A DNA stretch of 64,000 nt from Candidatus Binatia bacterium (lineage in GTDB: Bacteria; Desulfobacterota; Binatia; HRBIN30), in NCBI GenBank assembly GCA_026415395.1, contig JAOAHD010000003.1, positions 135,195-199,194 of the forward strand, read 5' to 3'. The notes under the pieces are model-generated. The model had not been told where the DNA came from and ran no database searches. It saw only the letters and a program-made list of their open reading frames with translations. Both the position numbers and the translations under genes were made by a program. This document shows, piece after piece, positions 1 to 9,500 of this stretch; the first letter of the stretch is position 1, and every line of letters begins with the position of its first letter.

Positions 1-11
1 TTGCCCATTGG

Positions 12-1583
12 GTGCAGTGCCTTACTGCGGCTCTCGGTACGGGGCAGGATCCTCTTCGAACCTTGGCCCAATTGGTTTGCAAGTGGAACGCCGCCGAACG
101 CCCCGATGAGGAAGAGCTGGAGATCGTTCGCAGTATTGCCCGTGTCTGTCAAGAACCTCCGCTACGCCTGAGCTGGATCGGGTTTTACATCCAAGAGGGC
201 GAGAACTTCCGCGCCGTTGAGCTGCCCCGGTCCGAGGGAGAGCCTTTGCTGCCTCCACTTCCCTATTCAAGGTTTGTGCAGGGGCTGGCTGATGCTGACT
301 TGTTGATGGAGCGGTTTGACTGTGCTCCCTGGCTACCGTTGCACTTGTTTTTGGATCCGAGCGAGAACCGAGAGGAGTTCTGTCAGATACGGCTGCTTCC
401 TTTGTTGGTTTTGGGCAGGATGGTTGGCCTCGTTTGCTTGCTCGCACCGGAAGCGCGCCGTTGTGTGGAGGACAATCTGGTTGTCCACCTGATGATTGCC
501 TGTGCGCCGCTGAGTTTGTGGTGGGCGTTGCGAGGACCCGGAATTGGTGGTGATCGAGAGGAGACGAACTCCTCGCAGTGGAGCGCTTCTCGGTTAGATC
601 GTAAGGATGTTTCCAGTCGGGGTTCACTAAAACCACTGGTGTTTCCGGAGCTGGTAGGCGAAAGTTCGTCGTTTCTTCATGCGCTTGCTCTGGCCCAACG
701 ATGGGCGGCTGGCCGTGCCCCCATCTTGATCACGGGCGAGACCGGGACTGGGAAGGAGCTCCTCGCCCGGGCGATCCATGCGCTGAGCCCCCGCCGCGGT
801 GGGCCGTGGGTGGCAGTGAATTGCCCGGCAATTCCGCGGGAGCTGGCCGAAAGCGAGTTGTTCGGTCACGAAAAGGGAGCATTCACGGGTGCTACCGAAG
901 CACGACCGGGACGTTTCGAGCGGGCCGATGGCGGCGTGCTGTTTTTAGACGAGGTTGGAGACTTGCCCGCTACGATACAAGCAAAGCTTTTGCGCGTGCT
1001 TCAGGAGGGAGAGATCGAACGTGTTGGTTCGGCAAGGGCGAAGAAAGTGGACGTGCGGGTGATCGCCGCAACCAACCGAGACCTTAACGAGGCGGTGCGG
1101 CTTGGTGACTTCCGTCGAGACCTTTACCACCGGCTTGCGGCATTGCCCATCCACTTACCACCGTTGCGGGAGCGAATAGGAGATATCGACCTCCTCGCCT
1201 GGCATTTCCTCCAAAAGAGCTGTGATCGATATGGCAAACGGATTGATGGAATGGCGCCAGGAGTGCTCGAGAAGTTGAAGGCCTACGATTGGCCGGGAAA
1301 TGTCAGAGAATTGGAATACGTGATCGAGCGAGCTGTGCTGTTGGCTGGGGGACCATTCCTTCAGGTCGAACACCTCGCGGACTTAGAGGCGGGGCAAGGT
1401 CTCGTGGGTCTCAGCCTCAACGCACAACTACGCGTGGAAAAACTCAAGCGGGTGGAAGCAACCCTACGCCAGACCCAAGGCAATTGCGCCGAAGCTGCAA
1501 GGCTCCTTGGGATGTCGCGCGGCAACTTCGCACGCTTGCTCAAGTGTCTCCGCATCGACCCCCGACGATTTCGCCTGGAATGA
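12..1583 (+). CDS. Sigma54-dependent (NtrC/Fis-family) transcriptional activator with degenerate GAF-like N-terminus; true start may lie upstream of the window
   Basis: Walker A GETGTGKE, ESELFGHEKGAFTGA loop, Walker B LFLDEVG, FRRDLYHRL, WPGNVRELE, C-terminal Fis HTH (GNCAEAARLLGMSR). Confidence 0.93.
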   Translation: MQCLTAALGTGQDPLRTLAQLVCKWNAAERPDEEELEIVRSIARVCQEPPLRLSWIGFYIQEGENFRAVELPRSEGEPLLPPLPYSRFVQGLADADLLMERFDCAPWLPLHLFLDPSENREEFCQIRLLPLLVLGRMVGLVCLLAPEARRCVEDNLVVHLMIACAPLSLWWALRGPGIGGDREETNSSQWSASRLDRKDVSSRGSLKPLVFPELVGESSSFLHALALAQRWAAGRAPILITGETGTGKELLARAIHALSPRRGGPWVAVNCPAIPRELAESELFGHEKGAFTGATEARPGRFERADGGVLFLDEVGDLPATIQAKLLRVLQEGEIERVGSARAKKVDVRVIAATNRDLNEAVRLGDFRRDLYHRLAALPIHLPPLRERIGDIDLLAWHFLQKSCDRYGKRIDGMAPGVLEKLKAYDWPGNVRELEYVIERAVLLAGGPFLQVEHLADLEAGQGLVGLSLNAQLRVEKLKRVEATLRQTQGNCAEAARLLGMSRGNFARLLKCLRIDPRRFRLE

Positions 1584-1797
1584 AATCTTTTGCCAGAGAC
1601 CTGCCACTCATGCTGCAAACGCTCATCGGTGGTGGAGGGGCAGGCGTGGTGGCGCTTCTCGCGAGCAGGGACGCGTTGTGAACGCGCGAGGGCACGCTTG
1701 AGTTGCGCGCCCTCGGGTGACGACAATCAAGGCTCGGTGGTTGCTCTCGCGCCTGGCTTAGGAAGCGCCACCCCGAAAGCGGGGGTTATCCCCAAGG

Positions 1798-1826
1798 ACG
1801 CTTGATTATCAATCAAGCGTATGATT
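1798..1826. promoter_or_regulatory. Palindromic operator candidate upstream of the P450 gene
   Basis: Perfect inverted repeat ACGCTTGATT-atc-AATCAAGCGT (1798-1820), overlapped by AATCA-agcgta-TGATT (1811-1826). AT-rich island ~130 bp upstream of the P450 start. Confidence 0.5.
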
Positions 1827-1950
1827 AAGACGTTTGCTTGAGACGAAGGCGACGCGAGGGTGAAATTGCATCGAACGGAGGGCCGCCCCGGATAACGTTT
1901 TGTGGACCTGAAAGTGCACCTGTACGAATTGGCGAGGAGGTCAGAAGTCC

Positions 1951-3138
1951 ATGCCGACTACAGTAGAGTTGTTCGGCGGCACGATGATGAGTCCCGTCCC
2001 TAACCCCTACCCCGTTTACAAGCGCCTGCGCGACGAATGGCCAGTTGCGTTGGTGGATGGGATCTTCGGTCAGCACTACCTGGTAACCCGCTACGATGAC
2101 GCGATGGCGGTACTGCGTGACGCTGAGCGCTTTTCCTCCCACGCAAACGCTCGTGGGATTGGGTTGGTGTTTGGTCGCACCATCTTGGAGATGGATGGCA
2201 TTGAGCACATCCGGCACCGGCGGCTGATCACTCCCGCTCTCACCCCGAGGACACTCACGAGCGGCGCCCTCCCTACGGCGATCCGAGCGATGGCGCACGA
2301 ACTAATTGACCGTTTCGCTGCTCGCGGTGAGGCCGAGCTGGTGGAAGAGTTTACGTTCCTTTTCCCAATTCGGGTTTTTACTCAGCAGTTTCTGCAACTG
2401 CCTGAGCAGGACGCGAAACAGTTCCATCACTGGGCTTTGGATCTCATCAGTATCGCCGATGATCCTCCGCGCGCATTTGAGGCAGCCAACGCCATTGTGA
2501 ACTACCTGCGGCCGGTGTTGGAGCGCCGACGGCGTGAGCCGGGGGATGATCTTATTAGTCTCTTGGCCACTGCGCGGGTCGATGGCGAGCAGCTTTCGGA
2601 TGATGAGATCCTCAGTTTCTGCCGCTTGCTGGTCCCGGCTGGCGCAGAGACCACCTATCGGTTGTTAGGGAGCTGCTTATATGCGCTACTCACGCACTCC
2701 ACCGTCCTCGAAGACGTGCGAGCCGGCCGCGTTTCCCTGGATCAAGTGATCGAGGAGACGTTGAGGTGGGAGTCACCGGTACAATATGTGACGAGAGAAA
2801 CCACGGTAGACACTGAGCTTTCTGGCACCGTGATCCCGAGGAAAATGCTGGTGAGCGTTGCCTTAGGGTCCGCCAATCGTGACGAACGGAAGTACCCGGA
2901 TCCCGACAGGTTTGACCCGACGCGCGACACGGAAGGGCATCTGGCGTTTGGTTTTGGGCGCCATTACTGCGCTGGTTCGCACCTGGCTCGTCTTGAAGCG
3001 CGCTTGGCTCTTGAGGTGCTATTAGGCCGATTGCCCGACCTCGTTCACGACAGAAGGTTTGCTGACAAAATTGTGGGACTAGCGTTCCGCTCGCCGGATG
3101 CATTGCATGTAAAATTTCGTACCGAAAAGATGGTCTAA
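1951..3138 (+). CDS. Cytochrome P450
   Basis: I-helix AGAETT, ExxR motif EETLRW, heme-thiolate motif FGFGRHYCAG; GAGGAGG upstream. Confidence 0.97.
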   Translation: MPTTVELFGGTMMSPVPNPYPVYKRLRDEWPVALVDGIFGQHYLVTRYDDAMAVLRDAERFSSHANARGIGLVFGRTILEMDGIEHIRHRRLITPALTPRTLTSGALPTAIRAMAHELIDRFAARGEAELVEEFTFLFPIRVFTQQFLQLPEQDAKQFHHWALDLISIADDPPRAFEAANAIVNYLRPVLERRRREPGDDLISLLATARVDGEQLSDDEILSFCRLLVPAGAETTYRLLGSCLYALLTHSTVLEDVRAGRVSLDQVIEETLRWESPVQYVTRETTVDTELSGTVIPRKMLVSVALGSANRDERKYPDPDRFDPTRDTEGHLAFGFGRHYCAGSHLARLEARLALEVLLGRLPDLVHDRRFADKIVGLAFRSPDALHVKFRTEKMV

Positions 3139-3218
3139 CGTCTGGCCTGTCAGTAGACCGCAGGGCACATTCTGCCGGGCCTTTGAATTGCCCAAAGTTG
3201 GCACGCTGCGGGACGCTT

Positions 3219-3953
3219 CTAACGAACCGGCTCGGCACCGACGGCGCTGTTGAGCAGCGTGGGCGGGCCGAACTGAACCAACCGTCCGCCGTTGAGAACG
3301 GCTACATGGGCAGCAAGTTGGCGCGCAAGCTGCGGTTGGTGGGTGACCATTAGCGTCGCACCTCCACGCTGCTGGAACTCCATTAAGACTTGCACGAAGC
3401 GGTCCACATTGGCGGCGTCCAAAGCAGAAGTCGGTTCATCGAGGAGCAGAAGTTGCGGTTCCATGAGCAGAGTGCGCAACAATGCCACTCGTTGCTGCTC
3501 TCCGCCCGAGAGTTGTCGAGGGTAGAGCTCGGACAGGTGGGAGATACCAAGGCGTTCAAGACCCGCGCGGGCTCGATCCCGAGCTTCACGCGGCGCCAGC
3601 CGCCGCACTCGAACGGGTGCCTCGATAAGGTTTTGCAAAACTGTGAGGTGGGGGAACAGGTGCAAATCCTGGAAAACCATGCCAACTGTCCGGCGAAGTT
3701 GCAGCAGCAGCTTTGCATCCGCGCGCTCGCAGAGGCCCGGGCGAAGTCGAATTCCGGCAACTTCGATCTCACCGCTGGCGAGCGGTGTTAGGTAGTTGAA
3801 GGTGCGCAGGAGTGTAGTCTTGCCGCTTCCCGAGGGTCCTACGATGGCGACGAGCTCTCCTGCCATAATCTCGAGTGAAACTCCCTCAAGTATGCGCTTC
3901 CCGTCGAGCGCCACAGAAACATCACGTGCACGGGCGATGCTTTGCGAACTCAT
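3219..3953 (-). CDS. Polar amino acid ABC transporter ATP-binding protein (GlnQ-like)
   Basis: GPSGSGKTT, LSGGEQQR, LLLDEPTSALD, H-loop VTH; ATG 3953 overlaps the upstream stop (ATGA). Confidence 0.93.
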   Translation of the reverse strand: MSSQSIARARDVSVALDGKRILEGVSLEIMAGELVAIVGPSGSGKTTLLRTFNYLTPLASGEIEVAGIRLRPGLCERADAKLLLQLRRTVGMVFQDLHLFPHLTVLQNLIEAPVRVRRLAPREARDRARAGLERLGISHLSELYPRQLSGGEQQRVALLRTLLMEPQLLLLDEPTSALDAANVDRFVQVLMEFQQRGGATLMVTHQPQLARQLAAHVAVLNGGRLVQFGPPTLLNSAVGAEPVR

Positions 3954-5497
3954 TGACCCTTTCCGAGCTTTTGCTCCAACCGCCGCGCGAGGCGGGAAAG
4001 AGGAAGGCTCATCGCCATATAAAGCGCGGCGCAGAGCAATCCAGGGAGAAGCCAACTCCGCACATCGACAGCCGTGATGGTCATCTGCTTGGTGAGCTCA
4101 ACGACCGTGATCACGGAGACGATGGACGAATCCTTCAGTAAAGCGATGAAATCATTAGCCGTTCCGGGCAGAGCGACACGCACTGCTTGGGGCATTAGGA
4201 TTCGCCGAAGGGCCAACCAACGTGACATTCCTAAGGCAAGTGCAGCCTCTTGCTGGCCTTTGGCTACCGCACGAAAACCGGCTCGGTACAATTCCGCTTC
4301 GTAGGCGGCGTAATTCATGCCCAGACCCACCACTGCTGTCGTGAATGCGTCGATCGCGATGAGGCGCGCGAGTCCGTAGTAGAGCACGTAAAGTTGAAGG
4401 AGTACGGGCGTTCCCCGAAACAACTCCACGTACCCTTGTACAACCGCCCCAATCAATGGATTCCCGTATTCTCGAGCTATGCTCAGGATAAAACCGAACC
4501 CGACCGCAACCCCCATGGCAAGAGTCGAGAGCAGAAGGGTAACTGCTGCCGCTCTCAGAAAGAGCGCGGCCTGGTTTGCCAAATTGATCGGAGCAGCCGT
4601 TTGGTCTCCGATATGCGGCAGGCCGCGTGCTGGCTCGATTCCCCAGCGGCGGAGGATGGCTGGAAGTTCGCCACGTTGTTCTAGAGAGTCCAAGGCTTGC
4701 GAGATCGCTTGTTGCAATGCGGAATCTTGCGGACGCAGAACCATCGCATACGTGCCTGAGCCGATTTGTGCCGCTTCCACGAGGCGAGCATGACGTGGCA
4801 GGTAACGGCGTGCAATCACATCGTCGATGACGACTGCGTCGATGCGGCTGACTTCTAAGTCGGTTAGCGGCTCGTCCACACCTTCGTATAGCACGAGGCG
4901 CACGTCAGTCTGGGAGCGGAGAATTTCGTGTGCGAGCGAGTTTGCAAGCGTTCCCACGCGCTTCTCCTGGAGGTCGGCAAGCCCCCGCACCCTGTAGGCG
5001 TCCTCCAACCGAACGATCAAGCTCTCGCGGAAACTCGCGTAAGGCCGCGTTAGGGCGAATGCCCTCGCGCGTTGGGACGTCACCTCGATACCGTTGACGG
5101 CGACATCGAAATTTCCTCGTTCGAGCGAGGACAACAGGGTTGACCAATCGTTTTGCACAAATTCCGCCCGAACTCCGAGTTCTCTGGCCACCGCTTCCAG
5201 GAGCTCCACCTCGAAACCTAGGAGGCGAGTGGGATCAGTGGGGTCGCGGAACACGTAAGGCTCGCCCCCTTGCAAATCCCCGCCCCAACGAAGCACGCCC
5301 CGTTGCAGAACCCTCGCAAGGCTGGCGTCGCTACTTTGGTCGGCTGCAGTGGCCGTTGCTTGAATGAGCCCAAGGCAGGCGAAAAAGAAAATCGCGCGCA
5401 AGCCCTTGCCCGGATGTTTCAGCACCTTGTTGGCATCAATGCACCCCCTTCGTTCCCGTTGCATCGTTTCAGGAGCGAGCGGCCGTAAGTTTCGCAA
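3950..5497 (-). CDS. Polar amino acid ABC transporter, fused substrate-binding (SBP_bac_3) and permease domains; start uncertain (probably downstream of 5497)
   Basis: Signal-peptide-like segment, GFEVEL...LERGNFDVAVNG binding domain, FRGTPVLLQL and AYEAELYRAG...GQQEAALALG (EAA loop), LLKDSSIVSVI. Confidence 0.9.
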   Translation of the reverse strand: MRNLRPLAPETMQRERRGCIDANKVLKHPGKGLRAIFFFACLGLIQATATAADQSSDASLARVLQRGVLRWGGDLQGGEPYVFRDPTDPTRLLGFEVELLEAVARELGVRAEFVQNDWSTLLSSLERGNFDVAVNGIEVTSQRARAFALTRPYASFRESLIVRLEDAYRVRGLADLQEKRVGTLANSLAHEILRSQTDVRLVLYEGVDEPLTDLEVSRIDAVVIDDVIARRYLPRHARLVEAAQIGSGTYAMVLRPQDSALQQAISQALDSLEQRGELPAILRRWGIEPARGLPHIGDQTAAPINLANQAALFLRAAAVTLLLSTLAMGVAVGFGFILSIAREYGNPLIGAVVQGYVELFRGTPVLLQLYVLYYGLARLIAIDAFTTAVVGLGMNYAAYEAELYRAGFRAVAKGQQEAALALGMSRWLALRRILMPQAVRVALPGTANDFIALLKDSSIVSVITVVELTKQMTITAVDVRSWLLPGLLCAALYMAMSLPLSRLARRLEQKLGKGQ

Positions 5498-5614
5498 GCC
5501 TCAGTGGTGTTTTAGCAGCGAAGCGAGTCCGATAGTCGTCGTGTTTGGAAGAGCGGATGCCCCAAGCGTTGTTTCCAGTCGGTACGAGACTCAGGCTGCT
5601 CAAGCGCGAACGAA

Positions 5615-6442
5615 TTACGAAGCCACGATGACGGGAGCCACACACCAGGCTGTGGGGCCGCGGGAAGGTTCTATGTCAACGACGCAGACGAACGCGGCGT
5701 CGTCGGGATGAGTTGGCCAAAGTTGACTGAATACCAGAAAGTGCAATCGCAGGCGTTCTGGATCGCTTTCAACGCGACCAAGCGCATAACTTGCGCTCTC
5801 AGGGGGCAGCGGCAAACGCAAGCCCAGTAGCGACGGCTCCCACCTCTCGTACGCATGAAGACCTTGCTGCCAAACGCCTTGAACCTCGGCTGGCCAAGCG
5901 GCGAGTGGTCCAGGCCACGTGGCGAGCGACACCAAACGCAACTCGCGTAATTCTAAGGAACCCCCGGGGGAATTTTGTGCAAAGAGCGAGGATAACGATT
6001 GGTAGCTAGCAGCCGGAGTTCGCCATTCTCGCACGGCGCCAAGAGCGGGCGCTTCCAAAGAACCCTGCGGTGGGAGCACGGCTGGAGGCTGGGCTGTGCG
6101 CAACACCTCCGATTCGACCCTCAAAGCGGATGGCAATTCTATTTGCGCCGGGGCTTCTTCGTCAGGGTGCCACGGGTCTAAGGAAGGTGTTGGGGGGTTA
6201 ACTGGCCAAGAAGCCCATGCAGCATCGTCGGTAACCAGCTGGGAGGCTGCACCACCATGCATTTCCGGACCAATGGCAGCATGTTCCTCTAGGTGTAGGG
6301 ACTCTCGAGCCAAACGCCTGCGCCAGCGGGCGTCCGCCAAGCGTGAGAGGAGCGGCATCGAAACGATTAAAAGAACAGCGAGGGTGACGAACGCCACCTC
6401 CACGAGCGTAACGGCCGGCGCGGTAAGAACGAAGCGCTCCAT
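5615..6442 (-). CDS. Hypothetical membrane-anchored protein (N-terminal TM helix, Pro-rich linker, C-terminal globular domain)
   Basis: 275-aa ATG ORF filling the gap between known genes; hydrophobic helix followed by RRR. Confidence 0.6.
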   Translation of the reverse strand: MERFVLTAPAVTLVEVAFVTLAVLLIVSMPLLSRLADARWRRRLARESLHLEEHAAIGPEMHGGAASQLVTDDAAWASWPVNPPTPSLDPWHPDEEAPAQIELPSALRVESEVLRTAQPPAVLPPQGSLEAPALGAVREWRTPAASYQSLSSLFAQNSPGGSLELRELRLVSLATWPGPLAAWPAEVQGVWQQGLHAYERWEPSLLGLRLPLPPESASYALGRVESDPERLRLHFLVFSQLWPTHPDDAAFVCVVDIEPSRGPTAWCVAPVIVAS

Positions 6443-6573
6443 TGCTGTACGAAAAAGCGCAAAGGCAGGGGCTTGGCAAGAACCACTACCCTAGAAGTCT
6501 TGTTACAAGTTGTGCCACTGCCCTGCCCTCTGGTATGGCGACGGGCCACGGACGCATCCACGAAGGAGTATGT

Positions 6574-9500
6574 ATGACCAAACGAGACTGGTGGTGGGCG
6601 GTGGTGCCTGCGGTGGTAGCTTATTCGCTCGCGTCTGGATCACGCCTGTCTGCCGAGTTCCCTTATCCAGCGAATCCGCGCCCGTGTGGTGCTTCGCAAG
6701 TGGACGAGGGTTGCATCGAAGCCCGTGATTTCGCCGCTTACTTATTCTTGCCGGAGGCGACGCCTCCTCTGGTTCCCAATGATTTTACAGGGGGCTCCAG
6801 CTGGAAGCTTGGGAGTGGTCAGACTGGAAATCCCGAGATCGACTCAAGTCCGCAGGAGCTGTTCGGTGTCACGGGGAGCAGCGTCGACCGCGCCTGGCAA
6901 GTGACCACGGGGCGGCCAGATGTACTGATTGCGGTTTTAGATTCGGGCATTCGCTGGCACCGGCAACTGCCGGATCTCGTGGGCAAGTTCTACTTGAATC
7001 GCGGCGAACTTCCGATTCCGGAAAATTCTTCGAACGAGTTCGACCCTTGGGACCGCAACCGTGACGGCGTGTTCAACGTGCGAGATTACGAGGCCAGTGG
7101 GGGCTGGCCACAGGATTCCCGAGTGGGAGACGCGAATGGCAACGGGCTTTTGGATCCGGAGGATTTGATCTTTCTCTTCTCAGACGGGCGCGATGATGAC
7201 GGGAATGGCTACGTGGATGACATCTCCGGGTGGGATTTCTTCGAAGATGACAACGATCCGTTGGACGAGGTGGAGTACGGCCATGGCACTGGTGAAGCGC
7301 ACGACTCGACGGCCGAGGCGAACAATGGGGGCTCAGTTGGGACGTGCCCAAATTGCATGGCGTTGATGGTGCGAGTGGGGGATAGTTTTGTCGCCGAGGT
7401 GAACGCATTTGCTCGCGGAGTCCTCTTTGCCGTGGACAGCGGGGCCTCGGTCATCCAGGAGGCCCTCGGCACGCTGAACCACTCGAGCTTCGGTCAAGCA
7501 GCAATTGACTACGCCTATCGCAGAGGGGTGGTCGTGATCGCCTCGGCGGCGGACGAAGAATCCCGACATCACAACTTCCCCGCGGCGTACGAGCGGACGG
7601 TCGTTGTGAACTCGGTCACGCGGTTCGCATCGATTGCGGGGTTAACGATGGAGCCTCAGTCGTACCTTTACCTAAACGGGTGTACCAACTACGGGCCTCA
7701 GATTGCGCTTGCGGTGCCATCGACCGCGTGTTCCAGCGAGGCAACTGGACTCGCGTCTGGTATTGCTGGGCTTGTACAGTCGGCTGCACGAAACGAAGTC
7801 GATCGGGGGCGGCTCACACGATATCGCACCGATACAGGCAAGTTCGCCCCTTATGCACTCTCGGCCAACGAGGTGAAGCAACTCCTCATCCAAAGCGCGG
7901 ATGATATTAACTTTGACGCTCGGCCAGACCTTGGCTTGCCGCAGAACTACCAGGTTAGCCTCGCCCTTCCACAAGGCATTCAGTCGGCGCGTTTTCCGTC
8001 CATTGCTGGTTTCGATCAATATTTCGGCTACGGGCGCATCAATGCGCGGCGCGCGGTAGAACTGGTGCGCGAAGCACGGATACCGCCTGAGGCGGAGCTG
8101 TGGAGCCCAAAGTGGTTCACAATCGTCTCGCCCGACCAGGGCAGTCTGGAGGTTGAAGGTCGTGTCGCGGCGAACCGCTCTCAGGGTTTCCACTGGGAAC
8201 TGGCTGTGGCGCCGGGTGTGCAACCTGCGGAATCCGATTTTGTCATCGTGGCAACCGGAGAAGAAGAACGGGCTCGCGCAGGAATCCTCGGTCGAATCGA
8301 TCTTGTCGATCTTGCGGCTCGCATGCCGCACGGGGCGGAGGGGCCACCCGTGGCGGTGGGCGGGCAGCCGGATCCGGATCGTTACACGGTCACTGTGCGC
8401 TTGCGGGTTCGCGACGCTACCGGCAATTTCGGTGAGGATCGCCGTGCTTGGTTTCTGCACCGTGACCGAGACGCGTTTCCGGGCACGCCGAAGAGGTTGG
8501 GGAGCGACGGCGCAGCGGCTCCAGTGTTCGTCGACGTGACGGGCGACGGGGCAGACGATCTTGTCGTGGCAACGTCCGAAGGGACTGTTCATCTCTTCAC
8601 CGGTGCAGATTTGCAGGAGCCTCCGGGATGGCCGGTTCACACGGACCCGATGGAAGTGCATCTGGACTCACCGGCTTTTCGCAGCGGAGAGCTGAGTGTT
8701 CCCCATGCGCCCATCCTTGGCATGCCGGCGGTGGGCGACCTCGACCGTGATGGGCAGGTGGAAATCGTCGCAGCCGACTTGTACGGCAAGGTCTACGTCT
8801 GGCAGGCGAACGGGCAACGGCGCCCCGGATTCCCAGTGCGAACACACCTCGAATTTTCCTTCCCTTTAAGATCGGAACGGGAGCAATTGCCGGATATGCG
8901 CCTCGTGCCAGATCGGATACACCGGCTCGACCCTGATAACCGGTTGGCGCGAGGCTTTGTTGCGGGGCCGGTATTAGGCAACCTCGATAGTTCCGAGGAT
9001 GGTTCTCTGGAAATCATTGCCGGCGCCATGGATCGTCATGTTTACGCATGGTTTTCCGATGGTCGCCCGGTCCCAGGCTGGCCGGTATTGCTGAAAGACC
9101 CGACGAAAGTCCTGAGCGTGGATCCCGTGACAAATCGGGTGCAGTTGGCGCCCGGGGCCGGTCAGCGAATGGGGACCAAGATTATCGTTCCGCCTTCCCT
9201 GGGAGACCTCGACGGCGATGGACGCCTCGAGGTGGTTGCCGCAGTGAATGAAGCGTATCGGGAAAGGATGAGCGCGGTGATTACCAACGTAGTCTTAAAC
9301 TTCCTGCAAGTCGGTGGGGCGCTTGAAGGCGGCAACACGCGTGTGTACGCAATCGACTCTGCCGGTACGAATCGCGGCAGCAGGCCGGTTCCCTTTGGTT
9401 GGAATGCTGAGGCTTTTCTGCCCGGATGGCCTGTGAAGTTAGCCATGTTGACCACTGAGTTGCTTCCAGTCGTGGGCACCGGAAGCAACGGTCCGGCGGC

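Noticed and set aside
1802..1816. FNR box (TTGAT...ATCAA)
   Set aside because: The spacer is 5 nt rather than the required 4
3198..3215. Sigma54 promoter TTGGCACG
   Set aside because: No TTGC at -12, and it lies between convergent genes. I found no convincing -24/-12 site in the intergenic regions I inspected
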